A DNA stretch of 64,000 nt from Trypanosoma brucei. Lineage: Eukaryota. Location: NCBI GenBank assembly GCA_000002445.1, contig CM000207.1, positions 2,400,001 to 2,464,000 of the forward strand, given 5' to 3'. The notes under the pieces are model-generated. The model did no database searches. It was not told the origin of the DNA and was given only the letters and a program-made list of their open reading frames with translations. The stretch's first letter is position 1; every line of letters begins with the position of its first letter. Positions 24,201 to 38,100 of this stretch are shown piece by piece. The position numbers and the translations under genes are program-made.

Positions 24201-25237
24201 CGTTTTGGTTATTTTCTACTTGAGCACTTTTGATACAGTGGGCCATATCAGGGTTGTGCAATAAATGCGTAAAGTTAGTGGAGAAAAGTCTAACACCCTC
24301 TGCACCGCATCCTTACCAACAGAAGGAATGGCAGCAGCTCACTTAGATAAATCACTTCCCCCTGACAAGAATAGTTTAACAGAGGGCAGGTGAAAGGCAC
24401 AGTGTTCAGCCTTTTACTGTTAAAAGCTGCAGTTACCTCCCTTCATTTTCTTACCAAACATCCCAAGACACAGCTTAAAGCATGGATTCTTTGTGGAAGA
24501 CTTGACAGTGAGGAGAGGGAACGTGGATGGCTTTTCAGAAGGAACTGAATGTTATAGCTGTGATAGGAATCCGTATTTACTTCAGATAACTCGTCACGAA
24601 GAAAACAGGGTGTGAGGTGTTGGGAGGACATTTGGGGTCACGGTAATGCGGAAACGCGGCGACACCCACTCCATGTTGAATTTATATCCACACCGTTAAT
24701 GTACTGGCAAATCGGATATCCGCAGCGCCTTCTTACCCATAGAGTGCAAAGTGAAGAATACAAACTGACATTGACACTCTTCATTACTTCCAACATGTAT
24801 TACACACGCGTTACTCGGATGTAAGATATCGTGTGATTACAGGAGTTATTTCAAATATCAAGAGAGCTATGGAGAGTAATGGTTTCCTGATCTTTTTTCA
24901 CCCATTCTGCCATTTCATATCATCTCTCCCATGAAATTTCGATGATATGGGGAAACAATGTGTGGTGGAGCGTATATGTAAAAAGAAGACCTGAGGGCAC
25001 TTTCACCCTGGACACCTTGTCACACGAAATAGGAGCTATGGAAGACTTTCTCACTGAGGGTTGAGCCCCTTCCACACTATTTCATGGGATTCGTGCGAAG
25101 GGAAAACAGAAAAATTATGTTTTAGCAGTAGTCATGAAGAGTTTAATTTTGTGTGAAGTAATAACCCTGAGAACACTGAAACACTTCCATGAGATGTGTA
25201 GAAGAATGTCAAAATGTCAAGAAAGCTCAAAATACTT

Positions 25238-25267
25238 CACTTTTTGGTTCTTTTTTGATTTTGCTAG
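25238..25267 (+). promoter_or_regulatory. polyY tract + AG (25266-25267): predicted SL acceptor for array gene 3
   Basis: Same conserved element. Confidence 0.5.
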
Positions 25268-25283
25268 AGGACAAGGGTGAAAC

Positions 25284-26708
25284 ATGCAAGGCACTATGTA
25301 CTGGGTTGTATTTTTAGTGGCGGTACTACAGGGTATTCATTTAGTGTCGGGGCAGGATATAGTGAATCAACAGGAGTTTGAAGCGTTGTGTCGAATGATA
25401 AATTGGGCAGAAAGGGGACTGAAGCACATAAAACTAGCTAAACAAGTGACGGAAGAAGCTCTGAGCATCGGCATAAGATATCTTGAAGTCGCTGATGCAG
25501 ATAGCGCTGCTCAACTTGGCGCGGCAGAACACGATGCTTGTATGGATAAAAGAGAGGTTCGTGAAAAAAACTGCGGATTGTACAAAACATTTTGGGAAGA
25601 GTCACAGAGGCTATTAAAGGAAAAGCATGAAAGATCGCAAGCACATCACCGAGGAAGGAACAGTTTGCAATATCATACAGCGGAAGAAATTAAAAGCAAA
25701 GTAATGGAAGTGGCGGATATATTTCACGAAGTCAAGTGGGAACTCTTAGAACTCAAAGTAAATAATATGGAGGAGCAACTCAATCAAGCTCTTTATGGAA
25801 GGACATACTCCGCAGAAGAAATAAGGGAAAGAGAAGAGCGAAGCAGGGTGTGCGGACAAAGCTCGCGTAGTGAAATGATTATTGGGGGCCAATCACTAGT
25901 AATGGATTTGTTGTGCTTGTGTGCAATGCACAGTTCTTGGAAAGAGATGAGGGTATGCTGCGCAGACTGCACTACGGGAGAGAACGGCAACACATGGAAC
26001 CCAGGATCAAACGGAGCACCACGCTGGAAATTTCTGAAACAAAAGTGTGCGGGAGCCACCACTAGTTACGTTAGCGTACGCAAAACCCTGCGTGGTGCAA
26101 AACAGGATTTTATGGATGCCGTAACGGAAATAAGTGCAAACAGAAGAACAAATTTGTACAAACTTGGGGAAAAGCAAAACAAAGAAATAAAAGACTGTGG
26201 AGCAGACAAAAACAGCAAAGAAGGAATATGTGTGTTTTACAGAGAGCGTGATGGAGTGGTGTTTTGGATGAAAGCGTTGGAAAACGTGGACAACAAGATG
26301 GAAGTTCTGCTTCAAGACAGAACAAAGAAGACATCAAAACTTGAGAGAATTAAAGAGCTAAGTCAAGAGATAGAAAGCTTAATCAAAGGTGATACGGGGC
26401 GAGGAAGACAACAGGGAAGACAGAAACGGAGTGTGGATACCGAGAACAGTGTCCCAGAAACCCCAGCTGACCCGAGCGATCCAACACAGTCAACCACACA
26501 TACCAATGAAAAAAAGCGAATTGTAAGAAAACCGATATCAACAGGTAACAATGCATCCAAAAGCTACGGTGGAGATGAGGTTGATTCTTACGATTCCAAA
26601 TGCGATGGAGAAAACTCGGCATGCTCAGATTCACCAGCAAAGCCAACAGTAAAAAGCAGCAAAAGTGCTATAAATTGTCCACTGGGATTAATTTTGCTTT
26701 TGGTATAA
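25284..26708 (+). CDS. array paralog 3 (474 aa), same family, clearly chimeric
   Basis: The N-terminus is like paralog 1. The RVCGQSSRSEMIIGG block is shared with paralog 5. The C-terminus follows paralog 1 (GDTGRGRQQGRQKRSVDTENS) up to PTQSTT, then follows paralog 2 (HTNEKKRIVRKPISTGNNASKS). Confidence 0.8.
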   Translation: MQGTMYWVVFLVAVLQGIHLVSGQDIVNQQEFEALCRMINWAERGLKHIKLAKQVTEEALSIGIRYLEVADADSAAQLGAAEHDACMDKREVREKNCGLYKTFWEESQRLLKEKHERSQAHHRGRNSLQYHTAEEIKSKVMEVADIFHEVKWELLELKVNNMEEQLNQALYGRTYSAEEIREREERSRVCGQSSRSEMIIGGQSLVMDLLCLCAMHSSWKEMRVCCADCTTGENGNTWNPGSNGAPRWKFLKQKCAGATTSYVSVRKTLRGAKQDFMDAVTEISANRRTNLYKLGEKQNKEIKDCGADKNSKEGICVFYRERDGVVFWMKALENVDNKMEVLLQDRTKKTSKLERIKELSQEIESLIKGDTGRGRQQGRQKRSVDTENSVPETPADPSDPTQSTTHTNEKKRIVRKPISTGNNASKSYGGDEVDSYDSKCDGENSACSDSPAKPTVKSSKSAINCPLGLILLLV

Positions 26709-29700
26709 ACGAAAAGTTCCAACACAAGGTAAGGAAAAAGAGATGGAATTGGTTGTGTTTGCGGCATCTCAATATTCCACACGGAGTGGGATGGTGTGCA
26801 TTTCAAAACTTGTACAGGAGACATGTGATGCGTCAGAGCAATCGTGCTCAGCAGCACAGCCATCCAGGAAGCCTAAACGAAAGAGGGAAATGTTGGGAGG
26901 GTTTATGCTTCGTGATACTAGTAATGCGTGTTGTTGAGAACCTTTTCATATTAAAAGGAACACTACAAAAACTGAAAGCATTTACGAATGATGGGAAAGC
27001 ACATAGAGGCTATAAACGGCTAAAATGTACCAACCGTACTGAGTGGGTGGTGTGAAAATAAAAAAGTATATGTTGTAGAGAATGTCGATACCGGAAGGCT
27101 ACAAGAATGGAAGGAATAATAAATACAGAAAAAGAGACGCCATACTTTTCACTGAGCTATCTACAGGACATGGAAGGGATATTTCCAATGAGGAAGTTGG
27201 GAAGGTTTCAAACAAAAAAGGAGAAAACATATGAGTGATAATGTTAATGTAAGTAACGGAAGGAAGTGTTGCTTTGGAAAAAGACAGACAAATAACTAAA
27301 AGAGGATTGACTGGAGAAAATGATGCCAGGCGAAACACATAAAAAAATGAGTTCGGGAAGCATGGATATTTCGAACTTGGAACATAAAGACAAAAGAGCA
27401 GGAAAAGTTGTGGGAAATGGCATGTTATATATTTGCATCGTAGTCGCAAAAAACTGTTTGTTGTGTTGAATGAGTGGAGAAACTGAGGCACTCACGGCCG
27501 CTGAATAAGAAAATGGAGAAGGAAAGCCATGGAAAGTAATGAGGGAATAGCTTGAAAGGCACGCACACACAGACACACACACGTGATAGCGGGGTGTGGA
27601 AAAGCAAGGAGTGGAACAAAAGCCTTCATCGCTATTATGGCTAAGAAATACGACACCACCAGAATGCACTGCAGTGTTTAAAGGCAGACGAATTATTAAA
27701 GGGATCAGTATTATTGGCTGAAATACCTGTGGTATTAACCTTTGCGGTGCTTGAAGTGATGGCATGAAAAAGATTAGAGACCTCTCTTTGTTGTTAGGTC
27801 GGATGCATGGAAAAAAGAGAGTGCGTGGCTGCTCTAAGAATGTAACGTGCAAACTACAAGGCAGTAATAAAAGACCCCAAAGCAATTCCATGGCCAAAAG
27901 GACTTGATGGCGCCGTGGTTCAGACGAGAAATATCACACTACAGAATCCGACATTGCATGGGACGCAACTGCGTATCAACGCGGCAGTGATATAAGCTAT
28001 CAAAACAAAAAATTATGCAATCACGGAGGTTTTTCATAAAGTAGCGTTGTCTACTATGGAAAATGCAGTAACCACTGAAAAGGAGGAAACATGCTTCAAG
28101 GAGCAAAAAGTAGCAGTGATTGCTGTAACAACAAGATTGTGAGTGGAAATAAAACAAACAGGAAGCGAAACTACGACCCAAGGATATTTAGAGTAGTATC
28201 GACACTGCCAAAGCATCACTAATGAATGCATATTTACCGAATGCGAATATATATGTATATGTGAATATATACGTACATCAATATTCTACAAAAATAGTGC
28301 TTTGCAGCGTGTGAGACTTTCAAAACATTTTTTGTGGAACACTTAAGCATAATTGTGATTAATGGAAAATTGATCTATGGATACCTTCTTTTTGCTACAT
28401 GTATTTTGAATATGTTTGAGAGGAAAATGGTAACATCTCTGAGGTAAAATCTGGAACAATATAAAAGTGCTAAAGGAAATTTCTGGGTTTGACAGTAGCA
28501 ATATCATGAACTACAACAGTGGTTATAAGATCTGTAAGACGGAAGTACATGTTTGTGCCATTGTACGATTTTCTTGATATATGCATTGAAGTGATTTGAA
28601 TGAATAGGGGTGCAAGTCTCATGGAACATGCTCTTCATTCAACCAAGGCTTTTTAGGAATATGCAGCAAAAGTCGAAAAATGACTGACTTGACAACCAAA
28701 ATGGCTTCCCTATTCTATTAGTGAAAATTCGAATGAAACAGCACATAATGGAACTACATGAAAATTCAAAGGAAATGTGATATCAAATTCCTAACCCGCT
28801 GTATCAAAATTCTCACACACCTTTCATAAAGGTATTTTAACATACATGTTTGAATTGAAAACACTCGATAAAATAATTTATGTGATATGCATGTGAAATG
28901 TGTGATGAATTCTGCCCAATCGTGCTAATATCGCTATTATTGTTAAACCTCACCTTACCATTTGTTTCAGCAAAGGCAAGAAGGAAATACTAAATGATGA
29001 AATACTGTTAAACGGTGAGGGTACAGAGGAATATCTTTTCCGGAACAGAGAGTAACTATCTGAGAGGAGTTTAATGAACCGTGTACAATGATAGTGTCAG
29101 CACACCAAGTCTTGGAACAGCATAAGCAGGCTAGGATAACAAAAGGGGAAGAAGTGACATCTGGTGCTATACAGTAACTAGCTTCAGAGGCAAAAGGAAA
29201 AGCTGCTCAACCCTATGGAAGCAATGTAACCTCACAGCCGTAGCAGTAGCGTGACTAAGAAAGGAAATGTGAACTTAGAAAAAAACATATTGAACTCAAA
29301 GTGAAAAAGCAGAAGCAGTCAACCGCACAGAGGTATCAAAGGCATAACGTAGTTTGTTGGAAGGGGCGCCGAGCAAAATCAAGTTTTAGGCAGGTGATCC
29401 GGTATGGATGTATCACACTGCGCACGGATGCCACAAACCAAGAGACTTCGAAGATATGAAAGGGAAGATTAGAGACTTCGCGTCTATCAGGCGTGCTTGA
29501 GTTAGGGACCGTAGTGGAAAGCAAACACAAACTGCTTACCCGAAGAGGGACAGTAACATGAACAATCCGAAATGGGTTTCAAACTATCTGGCACAATTCC
29601 ATTTTGACTGGGTGTGAGAGAGAGTTCTTGGGACAGAGACAAACACGCGCGTTACTATAACCTTACAAATGACTCGAATACAGATATCAAATGCAATATT

Positions 29701-32700
29701 CTAAATGAACAATAAAAACAAGGCTCAAGAGGCAACAATGCATAAGATTCCGTTGAGTTACTTTACGTTAGCGTGAGGGTAGGAAAGAAAATGAAGAGAT
29801 TTTGTGAATCTGGAAAAGGAAATGTGAGAACGCAACCCTACAACAGCTTTTAAAATATCCCATGGACTAAAGCGTTGAATAGAATTGACGGGAAAATGAG
29901 CAACCTGACAGTGAGCACAAACAAGGGAAACTATGGCAAAGCTTACATAGTTAAGCTGTGGCATGTCAATTTAATTAAAACGTGCCAGAGTGAAGAGAGG
30001 ATGCCATTCAGAGTTATAAGAAAGCAAAGCCATGAAAGTGTAATTGACACGATTACTTTGTTACAATCCGATACAAATACGAGTAAAACACAAATAATAA
30101 TTATGGGAGCAAGCCAGGAGTTACCTGTGAAGGTGAAATTACTGCTGATTATAATAGTGCGAGTGGCTCTTGACACAAATGCGAAAACCGTAAGCACAGT
30201 TCAGCGTCCACGAGCTCAAACTGTGAAACAGGATGAAAGCTGGTCAACGGTGAGATTGTGAGGCCACATCGCGAGTCAGTCATCTAAAACAGTGTGAATT
30301 TCGTTCAAACATTACCCAGGTTATATTTGTTTCTGTTTGTAAACGTGTGATTAGGCACTAAACTTCAATTCTAGCAGTGTTTGAATTTGTAGTACATTTG
30401 ATATTTACCTCTTTTGTTGGAAAGCCAGTACGATTTTACGGTTTTGCCGATTGTTCAACGTAGTCTTGAAAGGGCTCAAAAGCACAACTACGTGACTTCT
30501 TAACATTTCATCAGAGATGCACTACACTACACTACACGGGTGAGCACATCGCCGTAACTCGGGGGCAGGTTTACTTTTTTGACTCAGCATCAAAAAGGTA
30601 GAACCTTGAATATGATGCAAGTGGACCTCAGGTGGGGACTATCTGGCGCAAGAAAACGCTAGCAGAACTCGGGTCTCTCCCTCACTTGAAGTAAAAATTG
30701 TGTTGCATTGCGGGCTCCGGTGACGATTGCTCACTCTTTATTCAGATTTTTGGGGTTACCAAGCATGTAAAGCTAAGGAAGTGCAGTTCTTTCTCTGTAG
30801 TTGTTGGGTGAGCGGTTATGTAAATGTGTATATCTTCACATTTTTATATTTCAATGTTGGCTTTTACGAATTTTTTTGTTTGCAATGCGTTGAAATTACA
30901 CGACAACGACGTGGCTCAGGGTGTTACATGTACTGATTTAATTTTTGACGCCATCTCAGTTAGTGAAAGGATACGATGGCGATCCGCAAAGGGAAGGAAA
31001 GAGACTTCCGGATTGCAGAGACGTACCAAAAATTGACAGGAATTTAGGTTGCTCAAAGGAAAATAATTATGGATACTAAGCGGTAAGAGACTTTGTGCTG
31101 GAGAGGCTTCTGGGGTTGGATTCTGTTTGAACAGAAACTGCACGCCATGACTGATAAGTGAGCTGGTTCCCCTGAGGCATAGACGGGTGAATAATGCTTT
31201 CCTCAGTTTTTTTGAGTGGGAATTCGTCGCTGTAAAAGAGTCACCTGGTGTGAAAAGGATTGATAGAGCGTATCCGAACATTTTAACTATTCCAATCTAA
31301 GGAACAAGAAGTGTGAAACATCTGGTGAGAGTAGAACGTCTTGTTACCTTAGCTCCCTTGGGCGGAACACAGATTTAGGGTCGTGTAAAAGAGGGACGAG
31401 AGGTGTGTCTTCCTATTGAAGTTGGAGGTCTCTAGCTGAAAAAAAGCCACTGATTCTAGTGACATGAATAGTCCAGACAATATCCCTAGGCGCGCGCACC
31501 TCACAGGCCGGCAGAATAGTAAAACTCAATTTTCACTACAATCCAGTTACCAAACTGTACATTTAATCTTACTCTTCCCACTGTAAAAACATATAAGTGT
31601 TATTCAACTCGGGTGCTGAATCCATACCAAAGCACATAGAGGTAACAAATAAAAGCCTCTATTTCTGTAAACTAATTCACACTTGCTTGCGAATGCACAC
31701 CTCTCCTTTAACATTCGTAAGACAGTATAGGGTTTTACTGAAGTCCTGGTTTACGCAAGATATTATATACGGTTGTTTACGCAGTCACCTCTACTGGTTT
31801 CTGGACAAGAATGTGACCAGCTGCAAAGCATGGCTCTCAATGGGAGTGATTTGCGAGTCATGTTAAAGAGCCATACTATGGAGACTCATACATGTGTATA
31901 TTATTGTTGGGGTGATTCACCAGCCCTTTTTACAAAATGTGTAATATTCTCTTGCATTTGGCAGTGAAGCATAAAAGCGTGCTGCTGTTGTACTGAATAT
32001 ATTCCCTTTCCTCTGCGGTACCCTTCTTATCCTTTTTAAATGATGAACTTAGTGTGAATTAGAAGAGTGCACGAATTTATCCAAAATAGAGTGGGTGTAA
32101 TGGGAAGACACATCACGTAGAGGACACTCCGTATGCTAGCAGCTGATGCTTACGGTTGGAAGTAGAAGAAGCATTCAGTATACGAGGCGTAGTGCCACCT
32201 TGCCATAAATTGGCTGTCGGAGTTGACAAGAGATCGCTGAAGTAGCAACTCTCTAAGGGCCACATAATGAAGATGTCCGCCATAATGTCGCTAAGACACA
32301 CATGAAAACATGCACAGTGGTCGTGCCAAAGTATCCTCACCACAGTAGCAACACAAAAAGTAAGGGTGAGTTCCTATGGAAGAAAAATTATGCGATATTC
32401 CGGCAAGGCACTTGAAACCCTTTAGTAGCAGACGGTATCCAAGGATTGTTAACAACAAACATGGTATGAGAATCACAACACACAAGGGGAAAGAGGAACA
32501 ATTACTCTTTGAACCTCAATACTTTTAGAGGGTCGAACTCTCATCTGTCATCTGTCCCACGTGGCACTCTCACACACCACATCAAGGGTGATGAGAGAAT
32601 TTTTGTGTAAGCATATGATGGTCAGTGAGTTGGTGAAAAATGGAGCATATTTGCAGCACTGCCGTTTTTGTTATTTTCTACTCCAGCACTTTTGATACAG

Positions 32701-33705
32701 TGGGCCATATCAGGGTTGTGCAATAAATGCGTAAAGTTGGTGGAGAAAAGTCTAACACCCTCTGCACCGCATCCTTACCAACAGAATGAGTAGCAGCAGC
32801 TCCCTGAGATAAATCACTTCCCCCTTACAAGAATAGTTTAACAGAGGGCAGGCGAAAGGCACAGTGTTCGGCCTTTCAATGTTAAAAGCTGCAGTTAACT
32901 CCATTTATTTTCTTACTAAACATCCCAAGACACAGCTTAAAGCATGGATTCTTTGTGGAAGACTTGACAGTGAGGAGAGGAAACGTGGATGGCTTTTCAG
33001 AAGGAACTGAATGTTATAGCTGTGATAGGAATCCGTATTTACTTCGGGAAAGTCGTCACGAAGAAAACAGGGTGTGAGGTGTTGGGAGGACATTTGGGGT
33101 CACGGTAATGGGGATACGCGGCGATGCCCACTCCATGCTGAATTTATATCCACACCGTTAATGTACTGGCAAATCGGATATCCGCAGCGCCTTCTTACCC
33201 ATAGAGTGCAAAGTGAGGAGTACAAACTGACATTGGCACTTTTCATTACTTCCAACATGTATTACACACGCGTTACTCGGATGTAAGATATCGTGTGATT
33301 ACAGGAGTTATTTCAAATATTAATAAAGCTATGGAGAGTAATAGTCTCCTTATCCTTTTTCACCCAATCTGTCATTTCATATAGTTTCTTCCATGAGAGT
33401 TCGATGATATGGAACAATAATGTGTGGTGGAGCATATGTGTGAAAAGAGGAACTGACGGCACTTTTACTCCTGTCACCGGGTAAAATGAATTAGGAGCTA
33501 TGGAAGACTTTCTCATTGAGGGTTATGACGCTGCCTCACTATTTCATGGGATTCGTGCGAAGGGAAAACAGAAAAATTATGTTTCAGCAGTAGTCATGAA
33601 AATCTTACTTTTTTGTACCTGAAGTAATAACCCTGAGAACACTGAAACACTTCCATGAGACGTGTAGAAGAATGTCGAAATGCCAAGAAAGATCATAATA
33701 CTTCA

Positions 33706-33735
33706 CTTTTTGGTTCTTTTTTAATTTTGCTAAAG
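33706..33735 (+). promoter_or_regulatory. polyY tract + AG (33734-33735): predicted SL acceptor for array gene 4
   Basis: Conserved element, slightly diverged (ttaattttgctaaAGacaagg). Confidence 0.45.
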
Positions 33736-33760
33736 ACAAGGGTGAAACATCCAAGGCACT

Positions 33761-35185
33761 ATGTACTGGGTTGTAGTTTTACTGACGGTACTCCACAGTT
33801 GTCATCGGGCGCTTGGTAAGGAGGATATAGTGAATCAAAAGGAGTTTGAAGCGTTGTGTCGAATGATAAATTGGGCAGAAGAAAGACTTGAGCACATAAA
33901 AGTAACGAAACGAGTTACCCAAGAAGCTCTGAAAATAGGCGTAAGATATCTTGAAGTGGCCGGTGAGGAAGAGTGTAGACACATCGCCAAAGCGCAGGAA
34001 GATTCTTGTACCAAGAAAATGGAGGATCGGAAAAGGAATTGCGGGCTGTACAAAAATTTTTGGGAAGAGGCGCAGAAAGCAGTGAAGGAAAGGGCTTTTA
34101 GCGGAGAGAAGCTGGAGCGTAAAATAGACGCTTTGGGGGAGCATACAGTGGACGAAATAAAAAAAAAGGGAATGTACGGGGCAGATATATATCATGATGT
34201 TGAAGCGAAGAGGCCGTCAGGAAATATGAGAAAAATGGAGGAGCACCTCATTAAAGCTCTTTATGGAATGGAATATTTTAGTGAAGATATAAAAGGAGGG
34301 GATTCAGATCGAAGCAGAGTCTGCGGGCAAAATCTGCGTAACAATAAGGCAACGGGGGGTTGGTCACTAGCGGTGGATTTGTTGTGCTTGTGTGCAACCC
34401 ACAACTCCTGGAAAGGTAGGAAGAAGGTTTGCTGCGCAGACTGCAGTACAGGAGAGAATAGAGACGAATGGAATCCAGAGTCAAACGAGGCACCACGCTG
34501 GGATTTTCTGAAACAGAAGTGTGCAGGCCGTCACCGAAATCGTCACGACATGATCGAAAAACTGAGTGAAGCGGAAGAGAATCTTATGAAAACAGTAACT
34601 AAAATAGGCACAATACCATATACACATACGTACGTGCTTGGAACCGCTGTAAATAGCAGAATAAAACCATGCGGGGCTGATATAAACAAGCAGCAGGAAA
34701 TATGTGTGCACTACGGATCAGATAACGGAACGAAACTTCCCTGGTTAAAAGCGTTGCAAAAGGTAGAAAAGGAAATGAAACTTACGCTGAAAGATAAACA
34801 AGATAAGTCAGCTAAGCTCAAGCGGATGGAAGAACTAAATCAAGAGATCGAAAGCTTAATCAGAGGTGATACAGGGCGAGGAGGCCAACGGGGAAGACAG
34901 AAACGCAGTGTCAATCCCGAGAACAGTGTCCCAGAAACCCCAGCTGACCCGAGCGATCCGACACAGTCAGTCCCACATACCAATGAAAAAAAGCGAAGTG
35001 TAAGGAAACCGATATCAACAGGTAACGGTGCAACCAAAAGCTACAATAGCGAAGAGGATGATTCTTACGAATATGAGTGCGAGGGAGAAAACTCAGCATG
35101 CTCAGATTCGCCAGCAAAACCAACAGTAAAAAACAGCAAAAGTGCTATAAATTGTCCACTGGGATTAATTTTGCTTTTGGTATAA
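33761..35185 (+). CDS. array paralog 4 (474 aa), same family
   Basis: The canonical first ATG is mutated to ATC (aacatCcaaggcactATGtactgg). Translation would begin at the next in-frame ATG (MYWVVVLLTVLHSCHRALG). The C-terminal 105 aa match paralog 5 except one residue (SVNPENS...SVPHTNEKKRSVRKP...EEDDSYEYECEGENSACSDSP). Confidence 0.75.
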   Translation: MYWVVVLLTVLHSCHRALGKEDIVNQKEFEALCRMINWAEERLEHIKVTKRVTQEALKIGVRYLEVAGEEECRHIAKAQEDSCTKKMEDRKRNCGLYKNFWEEAQKAVKERAFSGEKLERKIDALGEHTVDEIKKKGMYGADIYHDVEAKRPSGNMRKMEEHLIKALYGMEYFSEDIKGGDSDRSRVCGQNLRNNKATGGWSLAVDLLCLCATHNSWKGRKKVCCADCSTGENRDEWNPESNEAPRWDFLKQKCAGRHRNRHDMIEKLSEAEENLMKTVTKIGTIPYTHTYVLGTAVNSRIKPCGADINKQQEICVHYGSDNGTKLPWLKALQKVEKEMKLTLKDKQDKSAKLKRMEELNQEIESLIRGDTGRGGQRGRQKRSVNPENSVPETPADPSDPTQSVPHTNEKKRSVRKPISTGNGATKSYNSEEDDSYEYECEGENSACSDSPAKPTVKNSKSAINCPLGLILLLV

Positions 35186-38100
35186 ACGAAAAGCTCCAAC
35201 ACAAGGTAGAGAAAAAAAGAGGATATGGAATTTGTTGTGTTTGCGGCACCTCAATATTCCACACGGAGGGAGATGGTGTGACTTTCAAAACCTGTACAGG
35301 AGACATGTGATGCGTCAGAGCAATCGTCAACTCCAGTAGAGTCATCCAGGAAACCGCAACGAGAGAGGGAGATGTTGGGAGGGTTTATGCTTCGTGATAC
35401 TGGTAATGCGTATTGTTGAGAACCTTTTCATACCAAAAGGAACACTACGAAAATTGAAAGCATTTTCTAATGATGGGAAAGCACATAGAGGCTATAAACA
35501 ACTAAAATGTACCAACCGTACTGAGTGGGTGGTGTGAAAATAAAAAAGTATATGTTGTAGAGAATGTCGATACCGGAAGGCTACAAGAATGGAAGGAATA
35601 ATAAATACAGAAAAAGAGACGCCATACTTTTCACTGAGCTATCTACAGGACATGGAAGGGATATTTCCAATGAGGAAGTTGGGAAGGTTTCAAACAAAAA
35701 AGGAGAAAACATATGAGTGATAATGTTAATGTAAGTAACGGAAGGAAGTGTTGCTTTGGAAAAAGACAGACAAATAACTGAAAGAGGGTTGACTGGAGAA
35801 AATGATGCCAGGTGAAACACATAAAAAAATGAGTTCGGGAAGCATGGATATTTCGAACTTGGAACATAAAGACAAAAGAGCAGGAAAAGTTGTGGGAAAT
35901 GGCATGTTATATATTTGCATCGTAGTCGCAAAAAACTGTTTGTTGTGTTGAATGAGTGGAGAAACTGAGGCACTCACGGCCGCTGAATAAGAAAATGGAG
36001 AAGGAAAGCCATGGAAAGTAATGAGGGAATAGCTTGAAAGGCACGCACACACAGACACACACACGTGATAGCGGGGTGTGGAAAAGCAAGGAGTGGAACG
36101 AAAGCCTTCATCGCTATTATGGCTAAGAAATACGACACCACCAGAATGCACTGCAGTGTTTAAAGGCAGACGAATTATTAAAGGGATCAGTATTATTGGC
36201 TGAAATACCTGTGGTATTAACTTTTGCGGTGCTTGAAGTGATGGCATGAAAAAGATTAGAAACCTCTCTTTGTTGTTAGGTCGGATGCATGGAAAAAAGA
36301 GAGTGCGTGGCTGCTCTAAGAATGTAACGTGCAAACTACAAGGCAGTAATAAAAGACCCCAAAGCAATTCCATGGCCAAAAGGACTTGATGGCGCCGTGG
36401 TTCAGACGAGAAATATCACACTACAGAATCCGACATTGCATGGGACGCAACTGCGTATCAACGCGGCAGTGATATAAGCTATCAAAACAAAAAATTATGC
36501 AATCACGGAGGTTTTTCATGCAGCAGCGTTGTCTACTATGGAAAATGCAGTAACCACTGAAAAGGAGGAAACATGCTTCAAGGAGCAAAAAGTAGCAGTG
36601 ATTGCTGTAACAACAAGATTGTGAGTGGAAATAAAACAAACAGGAAGCTAAACTACGACCCAAGGATATTTAGAGTAGTATCGACACTGCCAAAGCATCA
36701 CTAATGAATGCATATTTACCGAATGCGAATATATATGTATATGTGAATATATACGTACATCAATATTCTACAAAAATAGTGCTTTGCAGCGTGTGAGACT
36801 TTCAAAACATTTTTTGTGGAACACTTAAGCATAATTGTGATTAATGGAAAATTGATCTATGGATACCTTCTTTTTGCTACATGTATTTTGAATATGTTTC
36901 GGAAGAAAATGGTAATATCTCTGAGGTAAAATCTGGAACAATATAAAAATGCTAAAGGAAATTTCTGGGTTTTACAGCAGCAATATCATGAACTACAACA
37001 GTGGTTATAAGATCTGTAAGACGGAAGTACATGTTTGTGCCATTGTACGATTTTCTTGATATATGCATTGAAGTGATTTGAATGAATAGGGGTGCAAGTC
37101 TCATGAAACATGCTCTTCATTCAACCAAGGCTTTTTAGGAATATGCAGCAAAAGTCGAAAAATGACTGACTTGACAACCAAAATGGCGTCCCTATTCTAT
37201 TAGTGAAAATTCGAATGAAACAGCACATAATGGAACTACATGAAAATTCAAAGGAAATGTGATATCAAATTCCTAACCCGCTGTATCAAAATTCTCACAC
37301 ACCTTTCATAAAGGTATTTTAACATACATGTTTGAATTGAAAACACTCGATAAAATAATTTATGTGATCTGCGTATGAAATGTGTGATGAATTCTGCCCA
37401 ATCGTGCTAATATCGCTATTATTGTTAAACCTCACCTTACCATTTGTTTCAGCAAAGGCAAGAAGGAAATACTAAATGATGAAATACTGTTAAACGGTGA
37501 GGGTACAGAGGAATATCTTTTCCGGAACAGAGAGTAACTATCTGAGAGGAGTTTAATGAACCGTGTACAATGATAGTGTCAGCACACCAAGTCTTGGAAC
37601 AGCATAAGCAGGCTAGGATAACAAAAGGGGAAGAAGTGACATCTGGTGCTATACAGTAACTAGCTTCAGAAGCAAAAAGAAAAGCTGCTCAACCCTATGG
37701 AAGCAATGTAACCTCACAGCCGTAGCAGTAGCGTGACTAAGAAAGGAAATGTGAACTTAGAAAAAAACATATTGAACTCAAAGTGAAAAAGCAGAAGCAG
37801 TCAACCGCACAGAGGTATCAAAGGCATAACGTAGTTTGTTGGAAGGGGCGCCGAGAAAAATCAAGTTTTAGGCAGGTGATCCGGTATGGATGTATCACAC
37901 TGCGCACGGATGCCACAAACCAAGAGACTTCGAAGATATGAAAGGGAAGATTAGAGACTTCGCGTCTATCAGGCGTGCTTGAGTTAGGGACCGTAGTGGA
38001 AAGCAAACACAAACTGCTTACCCGAAGAGGGACAGTAACATGAACAATCCGAAATGGGTTTCAAACTATCTGGCACAATTCCATTTTGACTGGGTGTGAG

